Below, in pieces: positions 25,107-38,059 of a stretch of DNA of 64,000 bases. Below the pieces are notes generated by a model. That model was not told the DNA's origin, made no database searches, and worked only from the letters and a program-made list of their open reading frames with translations. The DNA is from Octopus sinensis (Eukaryota): the NCBI RefSeq assembly GCF_006345805.1, contig NC_043006.1, positions 40,424,001 through 40,488,000 of the forward strand. The letters run 5' to 3'. The position numbers were made by a program, and so were the translations under genes. Position 1 is the first letter of the stretch. Every line of letters begins with the position of its first letter.

Positions 25107-25846
25107 AAATTTGAGTTACTCTTTGTTCGGATAATTGGTTAGCTTGTTCTGAGAAACACGGTTGTAGTATATATTCTACTTACAAAAATATTTATATTTA
25201 CATATAGATTATATATTCATAAGATTATGCTTTGAGCTGCTTTTTGACTAGCTAGAGTACACATATGCATCAAACATGTGTGTATGTACTTGTATGGGTG
25301 TGTTTATTTACATGTGTGTGTGTGCACGAGCATGCATGTGTGCGGGTGAGTGTTCGTACCAATGCAAACATGCTATCTTAAACATAGCGTATGTCACTGG
25401 CCAGGTTGCCAAGTTGCCCGATAGCAAGTGCGCCCCTGCACCATTAGAATCCATATATGGGGGCCCATGTTAGTACCTAAGGGGCCCATCCCCTCAAGTT
25501 TCGAAATTTTTTTTATTTGCTCCTGGAAGAATGCATTAATTATTTCAGCCTGGCTGTGTTTGTAGACAGTTGAAAAGAATACTTTTACCAAAAAAAAAAA
25601 AAATTAAATGATAGCATTGCAGTTGCGGGTGGGCCCCCTTAGTCTTCTGGCAATCAATATCTTTAGACCCTGTCCACCACTGCATACATGCATATACATA
25701 CACATACACATGGACACACACACACACACACACACACATTGCATATATTCATAAACATGTACACATAGGTGGGTATCTAACCTTCACTCTGATAATATTC
25801 CCTTGTTTCCATTTTTCTCTTTTCTCTGAATGATACCTCCACATAG

Positions 25847-25991
25847 AGCACGTATCTGTACGACTGGTTGGTAGTGACAACAAATTCGAGGGTCGTGTGG
25901 AGGTGTTCTTTCATGACCAATGGGGTTCCGTATGTGACAGCAGCTGGGACCACGATGATGCTTTGATTGTCTGTCAAATGTTAGGATACAA
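25847..25991 (+). CDS. SRCR domain 2 exon A
   Basis: [47 protein letters not shown]; 145 nt, donor AA|GTAAGT. Confidence 0.95.
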
Positions 25992-27034
25992 GTAAGTGAC
26001 AGCTTTCCTTTTAACTTTCTCATGAATCTGTCAATGTGTGTGTAAATTTGTACGTGAACAATTATGTTTTTATGTAGCTCTGTGTGTGCATATTTATTCA
26101 TGTGCATGCACGCGCGTGTGCGTGGGGTCAAAATATTCCATACGATACGTAAGTGTAACATACCGTACAACCCTTGCATTGCAGAAAAGTATTGTATCTT
26201 AACATAAGTGCTCAATATTCTGAACAAGAAAATCTCCACGTGCCTCCAGAGAAAAATATTTTCTTGTAGAATTAAAATTCAAATAGGCAATGTAAAATAA
26301 TCTTCCTTTATCCCCAAGCATAGAGTAGACAGGTACCGAATTTGACCAGCGGACATTTGATCGAATTTGGCCAAGTAGACAATTGATCATATTTGTTTGG
26401 TGATGTTTCTCAGATCTCAGTGGATTTCTGGCCTTTCAACATCAGACCTCCTCTTCCTGCGAACCCAGTAGGATCTGATGTTGAAAAAAATGTTTACATT
26501 CTTAGGTCATTCACATTGAGTCTTTGTACTATTTGTTGCGCATAAAATACATATTGCTTAGCTGATGACGCACCATTTAGAGCACAAATATGTAAATTAG
26601 ATTAACTACTAACGTGCTAACGTCACTTATGACTACTCTATAAAGCAGCTGGCCTGCATTACTTATTGAGGAAGGAAATTGGGTATGCGTATTCTCTAAG
26701 GAGCGGCCAAAAAATGATGACACATCTGCCAACAACCCTCTCCTTTTTTACCCCACATATCAGTAACATAAAAATATTGTTTACATTCTTATTTAATGCA
26801 CAGTGAGGATCAGTGATATTAAAATATATTTCAGATCGTCTGATTTATGCTGTGCTGTGCATAATGCACACACACATGCAATCACGTGCATATATATATA
26901 TAACAACTTAGCAATTAGCATTACTCTATATATATATATATATATATGGCCTTTTTAAATATAAAGAATTTATATATATAACACATATATAACATATTTA
27001 TTTCATGCCATGATTCAGCGCAAAACAAATTAGT

Positions 27035-27072
<38 letters not shown>

Positions 27073-27336
27073 TGTGTGTGTGTGTGTGTGTGTGAGAGTG
27101 TGTGTGTGTTTATGGTAGTTTTTGACTTTAAGAGTCCCTCCTAGCATGAGGCATTTATGTATAGTAATGCCTTTAATATAAATAAATTATATCTAAAGGG
27201 AATAATTTATAAATTTTTCCCTTATGAGGTTTTTCATGCTAACTTCTTGATAAATTCTTATAAAGATTTTATCCTATTTTAAAAATTTATATATATATAT
27301 ATATATATATAAGTTTGCTCTTTCCTTTAATTTCAG

Positions 27337-27500
27337 TGATGCTTTGGTGAAATCAAATACAGACTTTTGGCCGGGTTCTAGTAAAATATGGTTGGATGGA
27401 TTGAGATGTTCCGGAACCGAAGATTTTCTGGGACAATGTCAAGCCGAACCATGGGGCATGCACAACTGTACGCACAACGATGATGCAGCTCTCAAGTGTA
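27337..27500 (+). CDS. SRCR domain 2 exon B
   Basis: DALVKSNTDFWPGSSKIWLDGLRCSGTEDFLGQCQAEPWGMHNCTHNDDAALKC; 164 nt. Confidence 0.95.
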
Positions 27501-27752
27501 GTACGTATTGTAACGTATCTATGAATATAGGCAAGGTGTGCGTGTGGTAGTTGGAATTTTTTTTTCTTTTAGAAATGGTTGTATGTTTAAGAAGCTCGTT
27601 TTCCAGTCACAGACTTTTGGATTCAGCTCCATTGTGCAGCAACTTGGATAAGTGTCTTATACTAAAGCTCCAGCTGACCACTGCATCGTGGATGAATTTG
27701 GTAGATGGTAACTGTGTGGAAGCTCATTGTATATATGTGTATATATCTTACA

Positions 27753-27804
<52 letters not shown>

Positions 27805-28111
27805 GCAGTAAAAATGGTAAATAATAATTTTCCTGTGGTTTTTCATGTAACCAACAATTATTTACCGGTAAATTTCGGTATGTAAATACGACAAATTAAT
27901 TGTCAGGACCTTTGTAAGGTTCAGTATATAGTAAAGAAAAAATAAGATGGCTAGCAGCAAGCTGTTTCGCCTCATACCGAAGGGATTAGAAATGGCAGTC
28001 AAAGACCGTTTTTCCAATTTCTATAAGTGGAGAATCCAAAAACGAAGGCCCTTACGGCTCACATACACAAAACCGGAGTGGCAAATATACGAAGTCAGTC
28101 ACTTACCGTTA

Positions 28112-28176
28112 ATAGCGAACATATGTTTCTGGATCGCAAACATAGAAATCAGTTTGAATTCCGTCATCGGCGCTAT
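28112..28176 (-). ncRNA. Hammerhead motif in 549-bp repeat unit 1 (U4 to C core variant)
   Basis: ATAGCG CCGATGA CGGA..TCCA GAAAC ATAT GTT CGCTAT: 6-bp stem I, palindromic AACATATGTT stem III. Confidence 0.6.
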
Positions 28177-28660
28177 ATTCGATAGCTTTACCAAATGCCA
28201 CTAGCCCTCACTTCTGACCCAGCGACATCAGATAGTGGGGGGAGGAGCGCAGATGTTAAAACTAAGTGGCGACTGGAAACGTAAATTTTCCCTCCAAAAT
28301 TCTGCCATGCGCGCTTTCTGGGTAATCGTAATGTAATGAGGAATCCACATGGTAATGCAGTAAAAATGGTAAATAATTTTCCTGTGGTTTTTCATGTAAC
28401 CAACAATTATTTACCGGTAAATTTCGGTATGTAAATACGACAAATTAATTGTCAGGACCTTTGTAAGGTTCAGTATATAGTAAAGAAAAAATAAGATGGC
28501 TAGCAGCAAGCTGCTTCGCCTCATACCGAAGGGATTAGAAATGGCAGTCAAAGACCGTTTTTCCAATTTCTATAAGTGGAGAATCCAAAAACGAAGGCCC
28601 TTACGGCTCACATACACAAAACCGGAGTGGCAAATATACGAAGTCAGTCACTTACCGTTA

Positions 28661-28725
28661 ATAGCGAACATATGTTTCTGGATCGCAAACATAGAAATCA
28701 GTTTGAATTCCGTCATCGGCGCTAT
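28661..28725 (-). ncRNA. Hammerhead motif in 549-bp repeat unit 2
   Basis: Identical to unit 1, offset 549 bp. Confidence 0.6.
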
Positions 28726-29789
28726 ATTCGATAGCTTTACCAAATGCCACTAGCCCTCACTTCTGACCCAGCGACATCAGATAGTGGGGGGAGGAGCGCA
28801 GATGTTAAAACTAAGTGGCGACTGGGAACGTAAATTTTCCCTCCAAAATTCTGCCATGCGCGCTTTCTGGGTAATCGTAATGGAATGAGGAATCCACATA
28901 GTAATGCAGTAAAAATGGTAAATAATTTTCCTGTGGTTTTTCATGTAACCAACAATTATTTACCGGTAAATTTCGGTATGTAAATACGACAAATTAATTG
29001 TCAGGACCTTTGTAAGGTTCAGTATATAGTAAAGAAAAAATAAGATGGCTAGCAGCAAGCTGTTTCGCCTCATACCGAAGGGATTAGAAATGGCAGTCAA
29101 AGACCGTTTTTCCAATTTCTATAAGTGGAGATCCAAAAAACGAAGGCCCTTACGGCTCGCATACACAAAACCGGAGTGGCAAATATACGAAGTCAGTCAC
29201 TTACCGTTAATAGCGAACATATGTTTCTGGATCGCAAACATAGAAATCAGTTCCGATGACGGAATTCAAACTGATTTCTATGTTTGCGATCCAGAAACAT
29301 ATGTTCGCTATTACGGTAAGTGACTGACTTCGTATATTTGCCACTCCGGTTTTGTGTATGTGAGCCGTAAGGGCCTTCGTTTTTGGATTATCCACTTATA
29401 GAAATGGAAAAACGGTCTTTGACTGCCATTTCTAATCCCTTCGGTATGAGGCGAAACAGCTTGCTGCTAGCCATCTTATTTTTTCCTTACTATTCACTGA
29501 ACCTTACAAAGGTCCTGACAATTATTTGTCGATTTACATACCGAAATTTCCAGTAAAAATTGTTGGTTACATGAAAAACCACAGGAAAATTATTTACCCT
29601 TTTTATGCATACCATGTGGATTCCTCATTACATTTTACGATTTACCGCAGAACGCGCGCATGGCAAATTTTGGAGGGAAAATTTACGTTTCCAGTCGCCA
29701 CTTAGTTTTAACATCTGCGCTCCTCCCCCCACTATCTGATGTCGCTGGGTCAGAAGTGAGGCTAGTGGCATTTGGTAAAGCTATCGAAT

Positions 29790-29853
29790 ATAGCGCCGAT
29801 GACGGAATTCAACTGATTTCTATGTTTGCGATCCAGAAACATATGTTCGCTAT
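29790..29853 (+). ncRNA. Hammerhead motif in the inverted half of the array (sense to host pre-mRNA)
   Basis: ATAGCG CCGATGA ... GAAACATATGTT CGCTAT on the + strand. Confidence 0.58.
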
Positions 29854-30037
29854 TAACGGTAAGTGACTGACTTCGTATATTTGCCACTCCGGTTTTGTGT
29901 ATGTGAGCCGTAAGGGCCTTCGTTTTTGGATTCTCCACTTATAGAAATTGGAAAAACGGTCTTTGACTACCATTTCTAATCCCTTCGGTATGAGGCGAAA
30001 CAGCTTGCTGCTAGCCATCTTATTTTTTCTTTACTAC

Positions 30038-30127
<90 letters not shown>

Positions 30128-30396
30128 GATAATAATTATTTGAGGGAATATAAATCCAAACTTACAGGGAAAAAAATTCAATTTAGAAATACTAAATCAA
30201 ATTTCACACAATATAATATATATATATAAAAAATTAGAAAAAAACACCTTTTATCAATTCAAAGTGAACAATTAAATTACACCATCTAGAAAATTACATA
30301 TAATAGAAATATTAAAATTAAAATAGCAATAAAATATCAATGATTAAGTAAATTGCAAAAAAAATAATAAAAACGTATATAATTGGTAGAATAACA

Positions 30397-30517
<121 letters not shown>

Positions 30518-30520
30518 TAT

Positions 30521-31556
30521 ATATTATATGTAGAAAAATACAAACTGGGACAAGAATGTAAAACATTTAGAAGACGATACAAAAAACACGGACTGGACAT
30601 TCGAAGCCTTCAATCTTCAGTCAAGAACCGGATTATCCTCGCAATTTCGGCAGATTAATCTTGAGATCGCTCCGATCCGGCCAGCCCCAAGGAAAAACTA
30701 AGCTACGAGCATTAGATTTCTTTGAAAAAGGATCGAATGTATACGAAACAAGGACAGAAAAATGGACGATGCCACACGAATATAAATACAAAAAACAATA
30801 ATGGTAATAACAGGACAAAAACAGTGGGTGTCTTACGACTATAGACAGTACAACTTAGTTTAGCTGGCGTATTTGGAAAAAAATGCCTTTTTCGGCAGAC
30901 GAAGACAACAATGTTCTCATGGCACTGGTTAGAAGCCGAAAGGCTGGTTGACCAGCGGTCACGTGAGAGGAGAAGAGAGAGAAAAAAAGGGGGGGCAAAG
31001 GAATCAAAGAGAGAGAGAAAAAAAGGGGGGGCAAAGGAATCAAAGAGAGAGAGAAAAAGAGGGACGAAGGCACCAAAGGGGGGAGAAGAGAGAGAAAGAA
31101 GGAATTAAAGAGGGGAGAAGAAAGAGAGCATGCCAAGGATTGGCTTGGGACAGAATCAGTGAGGTGCAAAGTGAGAAAGACAGAGAAATGTGAGAGAGTG
31201 GGGGAAGAGGAGACCAAAGAATCAGAGGCAAGAAAAGAGAAAAGGAGGAGGAGAAGTAGAGAGATAGAGAAAGAGACAGATCAAAGTAGAGTGCAAAGTG
31301 TGAAAGGCAGAGAAATGTAGGAGAGAGAGACAGTGTTATAGAGTCGTACCAAATTTAAAGGAATATGTACTTACATACAATGCCAAAGAGGGTACGGGCG
31401 CCGCTATATATATTATATGTAGAAAAATACAAACTGGGACAAGAACGTAAAACATGTAGAAGACGATACAAAAAACACGGACGGGACATTCGAAGCCTTC
31501 AATCTTCAGTCAAGAACCGGATCATCCTCGCAATTTCGGCTGATTAATCTTGAGAT
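30521..31556 (-). mobile_element. Degenerate PLE-like element with 147-bp direct repeats
   Basis: 30521-30667 repeated at 31410-31556; internal purine-rich tract; inserted in (TA)n. Confidence 0.5.
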
Positions 31557-32469
31557 ATATATACCTTCACCATGATAGATCGCTAGCCACTACACATTCT
31601 TTATTTTCTCTCCTTGTTTCTTGGAAGAGCGTAGGCTCGAAACATTAAAGACTTTTCTACTTCCTGAGCGTTATGCCAATACATTTCTTCATCTTTTGTT
31701 GTTTTTTTTTTGTGAATTCTTCCCTTCTCCCATATATATATATATATATACACACAAATATTGTGGAGACCTTAGACTGTAAGCATAATTAGACAGTCCC
31801 GTTTTTATCATGTTGTCAGGCCAAGGCTGGCTGAAGCTGACATCAGAAGCATATGTAGCTGTGGAATTGTTAGCCTCATAAATAATCAAATGATTATGTA
31901 TTAAGAAGGCTTTGGACACAAAGTAAGGACACCACAGGAGAGACAAGTTGGGAAGTAAAATGGGTGAAGGAAAGTGTGGAAGTTAAGCATATTGAAGGCA
32001 GGAAAAGAAGAGAGTAAGGAGAAAGAAAGAATGAAAAGAGAGAAGAAGGAAGTGAGGTTGTCACGGAAGATTGAATGCAGTGTAGAGGATGTTGAAAAAA
32101 GAAAAGACATCTGTGTAAGCATTAAAAATAAATAACAAGGCAATACAGATGGACAGGTTTTAACTAATGCATTAGCTAACGATTCAGAAGGATGAAAAGA
32201 TTTTTGACGTTTCGGACATATGCTCTTCATCAAAAGAAAAATAAAGGAATGAAGAAAGATGTTAAGAAAATTAAAATGAAAGGATAAGGTCGGTGCAGAG
32301 ATGAGGCATGTTAGAAGGGAAATAATGATTTGTTAGCTCTACTGGTCCATCAACTCGAACACTTGTTTGTGGAAGTCAGCAAAAAGTCTATCTATGTTTT
32401 CATTCATATGAAAAAAATCTGTTTTTTATGATCCTATAAAATTAATATTTTCATAAATTTCATTTTCAG

Positions 32470-32614
32470 TGAATATTGCTGTTAGACTTGCCGGAAGTGA
32501 AGATAAATCAAAAGGACGTGTTGAAGTTTATTATAATGGAGAATGGGGTACAATATGTGATGACTACTGGGATCACAGGGATGCAATGGCAGTGTGTCGC
32601 ATGCTGGGATACAG
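32470..32614 (+). CDS. SRCR domain 3 exon A
   Basis: [47 protein letters not shown]; 145 nt. Confidence 0.95.
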
Positions 32615-34299
32615 GTAGACAATGTTTGTATTTTTTAATGTTCTTTGATATACACACATATACACACACACACACAACAGTATCAAATAGTAAGAATGAG
32701 TGCGCAACATTACATTTTTGGAATAAATAATACTCTTTGTTTGTTCTGCTGTTTATCCATAAAGTATATATATATATGTACATGTATGTATGTATGTATG
32801 TATATTACTGAAATATTAGCGCCAAGTGATGTTTGGGCATAAAAAAATAGATTAGGTTAGTTAAAATATGTTTGTGACATATTTCAACTGCTAAAAAGCA
32901 AAGTCGCTTCAGTTACCATAGAGATATCGTGAATTATATTTTCCACCTAAATGTGGCTAACCCTTAAGGGTTGATGCTACTGTAGCTTGTAGCTCCAGAA
33001 AGACATCTCCTCCAGCTGGTTATTGACACACTTTCTGTACCCTATCAGTATTTGCAAAGGGAAGTCATCTTTCCCATCTCCAGCCTGGTGTGAAACACAC
33101 GGATCCAAATTTCTAGATATTGACCCCTAATCAGTGTGTGACAACCACCGGTTGGTGATAGGAAGTGATTCTCAATGCAAATATATATATATACTTTTTC
33201 CAGTGATGGAAAGTCACTGATCTTGAAAAAGTGGAAACAAGCAATAATAAATCTCTGAGCGAGGTATAAACAATAGCTGCATGACATTGTGATGTATATT
33301 TGCCACCTAAATGTGGCTAACTCTTAAGGGTTGATGCTACTGTAGCTTGTAGCCCCAGGAGGACACCTCCTCCAGCTGGCTATTGACACACTTTCTGTGC
33401 CCTATCATGTCAGGCTGGAGATGAGAAAGATGGCTTCCCTTTACAAATACTGATAGGGCACAGAAAGTGTGTCAATAACCAGCTGGGGGAGATGTCTTTC
33501 TTTAGTTAATCATTGAGATGACTTTGGTGTTGCCTTGGTGGGGCTTTGCACTTACTGAGTGCTCTTGTTAATTCTTGCTTTCTAAATTTTTGCTTGTGTC
33601 CTAGAATTTATAATGGTGGTTACCTGGTATCCATGGCGTATAAGTTACCGAGATCAGACATTCCCCATGAATGGGACACCAGTCTATAGCAGGGATAAAG
33701 GTCAACAATTTTGAGGGGTTAATTACATTACCCTGCCCTCACCGTTAAATGGAGGGTCAATGTAATTGACTTACTACCTCCCGTAAATACTTTACTTATC
33801 AACCCAAAAGGGATGAAAGGCAGAGTTGACCTCATTGGAATTTGAACTTGGAAAGTAATGAGCCAAAATAAATGCCACTAAGTAATTTGTCCGATCATGC
33901 TAACGATTCTGCCAGCTCACTGTCTAATAATTAATTTCATAATCCTTTCTTCTATGGACACAAGGCCTGAAAATTTGCCGGAGGGGAGGGGCTTCTCGAT
34001 GACATCAATTCTAGTTTTCAACTGGTTCTTATTCTATCAGTCTCTGTCAAGGAGGAAAGACAATTCAACCTTGGCAGAATTTGAACTCGGAACGTAAAAT
34101 GAATGAGATACCGCTATGCATTTTGCTGGATGTGCTAACGATTCTGCCAACTCGCTGCCTTAAAATATATTTATAAAATATAATATGAAAGATAGACTAA
34201 GAAATTTCTTCGTGGTTTTTATTATCCTGTGTGTGTGGCTGATGAAATTTTGACAAAAGCATTAATATTAATCAATCGCTTTCATATAATTTGTTTCAG

Positions 34300-34463
34300 C
34301 GATGGCGTTGCATACTCCAAGGGGAAATATGGTACCGGTTCTGGCCGAATATGGCTTGACAATATGAATTGCACGGGTAACGAGCCTTCCATTGCAAGCT
34401 GCCAAAAGAGCATGTGGGGTGAAAATGACTGCCGACATGCAGAAGATGCAGCTGTCGAATGTA
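34300..34463 (+). CDS. SRCR domain 3 exon B
   Basis: DGVAYSKGKYGTGSGRIWLDNMNCTGNEPSIASCQKSMWGENDCRHAEDAAVEC; 164 nt. Confidence 0.95.
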
Positions 34464-34699
34464 GTATGTAGGAATTTATAGCTATGCTAAATTGTATTCT
34501 ATTGTATGTAAATGTAATCTGCGTGCGTGTATGTTTCTGTATCTATATGTACAGGTGCGTGTATAAATCATTTAATATACACAATTTGCAAAAGAGCTAC
34601 TAATAGTTTCATGTTTTAGAGATACAATAAATTGGAAGATTTATATTACATACCATATATCTCCAAGCAATCTCTCAGGCTCAATGTATATTCATCATC

Positions 34700-34935
34700 A
34701 TCATCATCATCGTTTAACGTCCGTTTTCCATGCTATCATGGGTTCGACGGTTCAACCAGGGTCTGCGAAGCCAGGAGGCTGCACCAGGCTCCAGTCTGAT
34801 CTGGCAGTGTTTCTACAGCTGGATGCCCTTCCTAATGCCAACCACTCCATGAGTGTAGTGGGTGCTTTTTACGTGCCACCAGCACAGGGGCCAGAGGAGG
34901 CTGGCAAATGGCCACGATTGGTTGGTGCTTTTTAT
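34700..34935 (+). mobile_element. SINE-like family C with (CAT)n tail
   Basis: CATCGTTTAACGTCCGTTTTCCATGC..GGATGCCCTTCCTAATGCCAACCAC. Further copies at about 1-100, 5545-6000, 13010-13330, 48075-48240, 49660-49860. Confidence 0.7.
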
Positions 34936-35512
34936 GTGTTAGGTGTATTTAAAAACTATGGCACTGGTCTAACAAGAAGCAAACAATGCAAAGAAAGTTG
35001 ATGAAGAAAGTGAAATGAAAAGAAAAAAAAGTAAGAAAATCAAATTCTTTGTTCTTTTTGTGTGAGAAAATTATAATTAATCTAGCTGATGTAGAATAAT
35101 AAAACAGAAATTTTTAGCAAATGCAAGCAACTGCTGCTCCAGATCAAGTAGAGACTTGGCCTTAAAGACTTTCGCCTACTTTCTGTTATATTATTCTGCA
35201 CCAGCTAAATTAATTATGATTTCTACAGACAAAGAGGATGAAGATTTTGATTTTCCAATTTTTTTTCTTCTCGATTTGTAAACATCTCATCATTAAAATG
35301 GAAAAAAAATCGGAAAATATCATTGTAATTCATGTTTTTCAAATATATAATGTTCTTCATGTAATTAATATTATTAATCAATTATATTTTAACCCTCACT
35401 GAATTAAATATGATTTCCCTGACTTATACAATACATATCTTATTTCATAATATTTGTCTTGTTCATGTTTATTTGACTAACATTTGAAAAATGTTCTATT
35501 TTATTTGCAAAG

Positions 35513-35657
35513 AAAATATATCAGTACGTCTGGTCGGTGGTAACAGTTCCTCAAATGGCCATGTGGAAGTGTTTTTCAGTGGACAATGGGGTACTATTTA
35601 CGATTCTGATTGGAACCATAATGATGCCTTGGTTGTTTGTCGCATGCTGGGATACAG
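35513..35657 (+). CDS. SRCR domain 4 exon A (first conserved Cys replaced by Tyr)
   Basis: [47 protein letters not shown]; 145 nt. Confidence 0.93.
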
Positions 35658-35881
35658 GTATGTAGCTCTGGTCACGTAATTAATGATTCCATTCTCCATT
35701 CTCTCTCCTTCTCTCATCTTTTCTCCCTCCCTCTCTCTCTCTCTATCTATTTATCTATCTATCTATCTATCTATCTATCTGTCTATCAATCTATGTCTTT
35801 CTCTACAAAGATATATTTATGTGAGCGTATATGTATACATATATACATATACATATACATGCATACGTATGCATGTATGTG

Positions 35882-35914
<33 letters not shown>

Positions 35915-35943
35915 ACAATCACATTATATGCACATATATATGC

Positions 35944-35976
<33 letters not shown>

Positions 35977-36071
35977 TACACATATATGTATGTATGTATT
36001 TATGTATGTATGTATGTATGTATGTATGTATGTATATAATGTGATTTCACTCTTCATTTGTCTGTTTGCAG

Positions 36072-36235
36072 TGATGGAATCGGCTATAAAGTGGCAAGAC
36101 CGTTTTTGGCATTTGAGCCATTATGGTTAGACAATGTGGATTGCGATGGGTTTGAGATGTCCATAGACCAATGCAACAGAAGTAAATGGAGAAGTTATCA
36201 GCAGATAGTTAATGAAAGAGTTGGAGTCCATTGCC
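36072..36235 (+). CDS. SRCR domain 4 exon B (divergent)
   Basis: DGIGYKVARPFLAFEPLWLDNVDCDGFEMSIDQCNRSKWRSYQQIVNERVGVHC; 164 nt, open frame, intact splice sites. Confidence 0.92.
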
Positions 36236-36578
36236 GTAGGTTTCATATATTTGTTGTTGTTTTTTTTTAATTTCTTCCTTTGTAAGAGAACCTAAGAAAA
36301 AGAGGTAAAAAAATTATATAAAGATTGGGAATTAACGTACGATTTTGTGACAGTCCATATCAGTCTCTCAACTCCTACAAATTATATTTAATAAATATTT
36401 ATAAATTGGGCTCATTTGATTAATGTTCACAGATTATTTCTTTAAGCAACACTTAGTGGTTAACGTGTTGCACTCACGATCGCCAGGTCGTGGTATCGAT
36501 TCCTGGACCACTCAGCTGGCAAAAATGAGTAATCCTGCGACGGTCTTGTATCCCAATCAGACACACACACATGCATGC

Positions 36579-36610
<32 letters not shown>

Positions 36611-36650
36611 TCACACAAATGCACACATATATATGTATGTGTGTGTATGC

Positions 36651-36689
<39 letters not shown>

Positions 36690-36701
36690 TGTATATGTAT
36701 G

Positions 36702-36736
<35 letters not shown>

Positions 36737-36739
<3 letters not shown>

Positions 36740-37041
36740 TGTGATCACCGTGACCTACCAGGCTATCAGATGTTGCTACACATCGCTGGTCACAATGCGT
36801 TTCGCATTGTTTTAGCCTTCAAATGACACCACCCAGCTAGCTAAGTGAGCAGGCCAACAGAAGAAAGAGTGAGAGAAAGTTGTGGCGAAAGTTTACAACA
36901 GGGATCGCCACCAGCCCCTGCCGGAGCCTCTTGGAGCTTTAGGTATTTTCGCTTTATAAACATTCACAACACCCGGTCTGGGAATCGAAACCGCAATCCT
37001 ATGTCTGAGTCCGCTGCCTTAACCACTAGGCCATTGCGCCT

Positions 37042-37044
<3 letters not shown>
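36737..37044 (-). mobile_element. tRNA-derived SINE family D
   Basis: Minus strand GGAGGCGCAATGGCCTAGTGG..GGTTTCGATTCC; second copy at 48392-48720(+). Confidence 0.7.
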
Positions 37045-37090
<46 letters not shown>

Positions 37091-37095
37091 TATAC

Positions 37096-37177
<82 letters not shown>

Positions 37178-37489
37178 TATATATATACACGGCAGGATTC
37201 TTTCAGTTTCCGTTTACCCAATCTACTCACAAGGCATTGGTTGGCTCAAGGGTATAGGAGAAGACACTTGCCCAAAGTGCTATGCAGTGGTACTGAACCC
37301 GGAACGAAGTGATTGAGAAACTAACTTCTTACTACTTAGCCATGCCTGCACCTATAGATTATATAAAAAAAAAACTGCACTCAGACAACCTGTGCAACAC
37401 ATTGTTTGAGAACTATTGATATTATTGATACTATTCGCTGTGTTAAAATTATTTTTGTAGCTCTCCACTATATTTTTCCATACATCATT

Positions 37490-37812
37490 CTGTGACGTAC
37501 CCAGACACACCATGAGTGATTTTCCTGGGGTCAATAGGTGTTTCGAGTCTTTCTACATTAGATAAACAACACCCACCCATCCAGGAGATGCATTTAGGGT
37601 TGATCTAGCTCAAGCTTGTGTCCAATTAGCACCATTCCTTGTAGCACTGCCCACTTCAGGGCTCACACCTCTTGATCCACAACCACCTTGAGACGACTCT
37701 GCTGTCTCCACAACCAGACTGTTGGCCTCCTGCTCACAGGCCACTGTCGGGCCAACCATGCTGTAAGCTCTACATAGGGAATGGCCAGCGAACTCTCTGA
37801 CCTTGGTGGGAT
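37490..37812 (-). mobile_element. 3' end of a HERO/R2-group LINE
   Basis: REFAGHSLCRAYSM..ETAES then frameshift RWLWIKRCEP. Confidence 0.6.
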
Positions 37813-37914
37813 ATATATAGAAAAAGAAGTGGAAAAGACAGAAACTAATTGAAGCTGATTTTGAAATATAAGTGGAAAAAAATAGAAGTATCATTGTTTT
37901 GTTTTATGTTGCAG

Positions 37915-38059
37915 AAAACATCTCTGTACGACTCAAGGATGGAAACTCACTAGGGAATGGACGTGTAGAGGTGTTTTTCAACGGAGAATGGGGGACAATT
38001 TGTGATGATAACTGGAGTAACAACAATGCCTTAGTAATCTGTCGTATGCTGGGCTATAG
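37915..38059 (+). CDS. SRCR domain 5 exon A
   Basis: [47 protein letters not shown]; 145 nt. Confidence 0.95.

Larger units (their letters stand above)
27801..30036. repeat. 549-bp tandem array (about 2.6 units) folded back into about 1.4 inverted units
   Basis: Unit starts at 27801, 28353, 28902; inversion junction 29252/29253; flanked by (TA)n on both sides. Confidence 0.9.

Noticed and set aside
27947-28204. Repeated 85-aa ORF MASSKLFRL.. (4-5 copies)
   Set aside because: A product of the tandem repeat, antisense to the hammerhead strand, with no recognisable motif. Identical copies give no evidence of coding constraint.
27801-30036. CRISPR-like or phage/prokaryotic system
   Set aside because: No short repeat-spacer structure and no operons. 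The DNA is spliceosomal eukaryotic.
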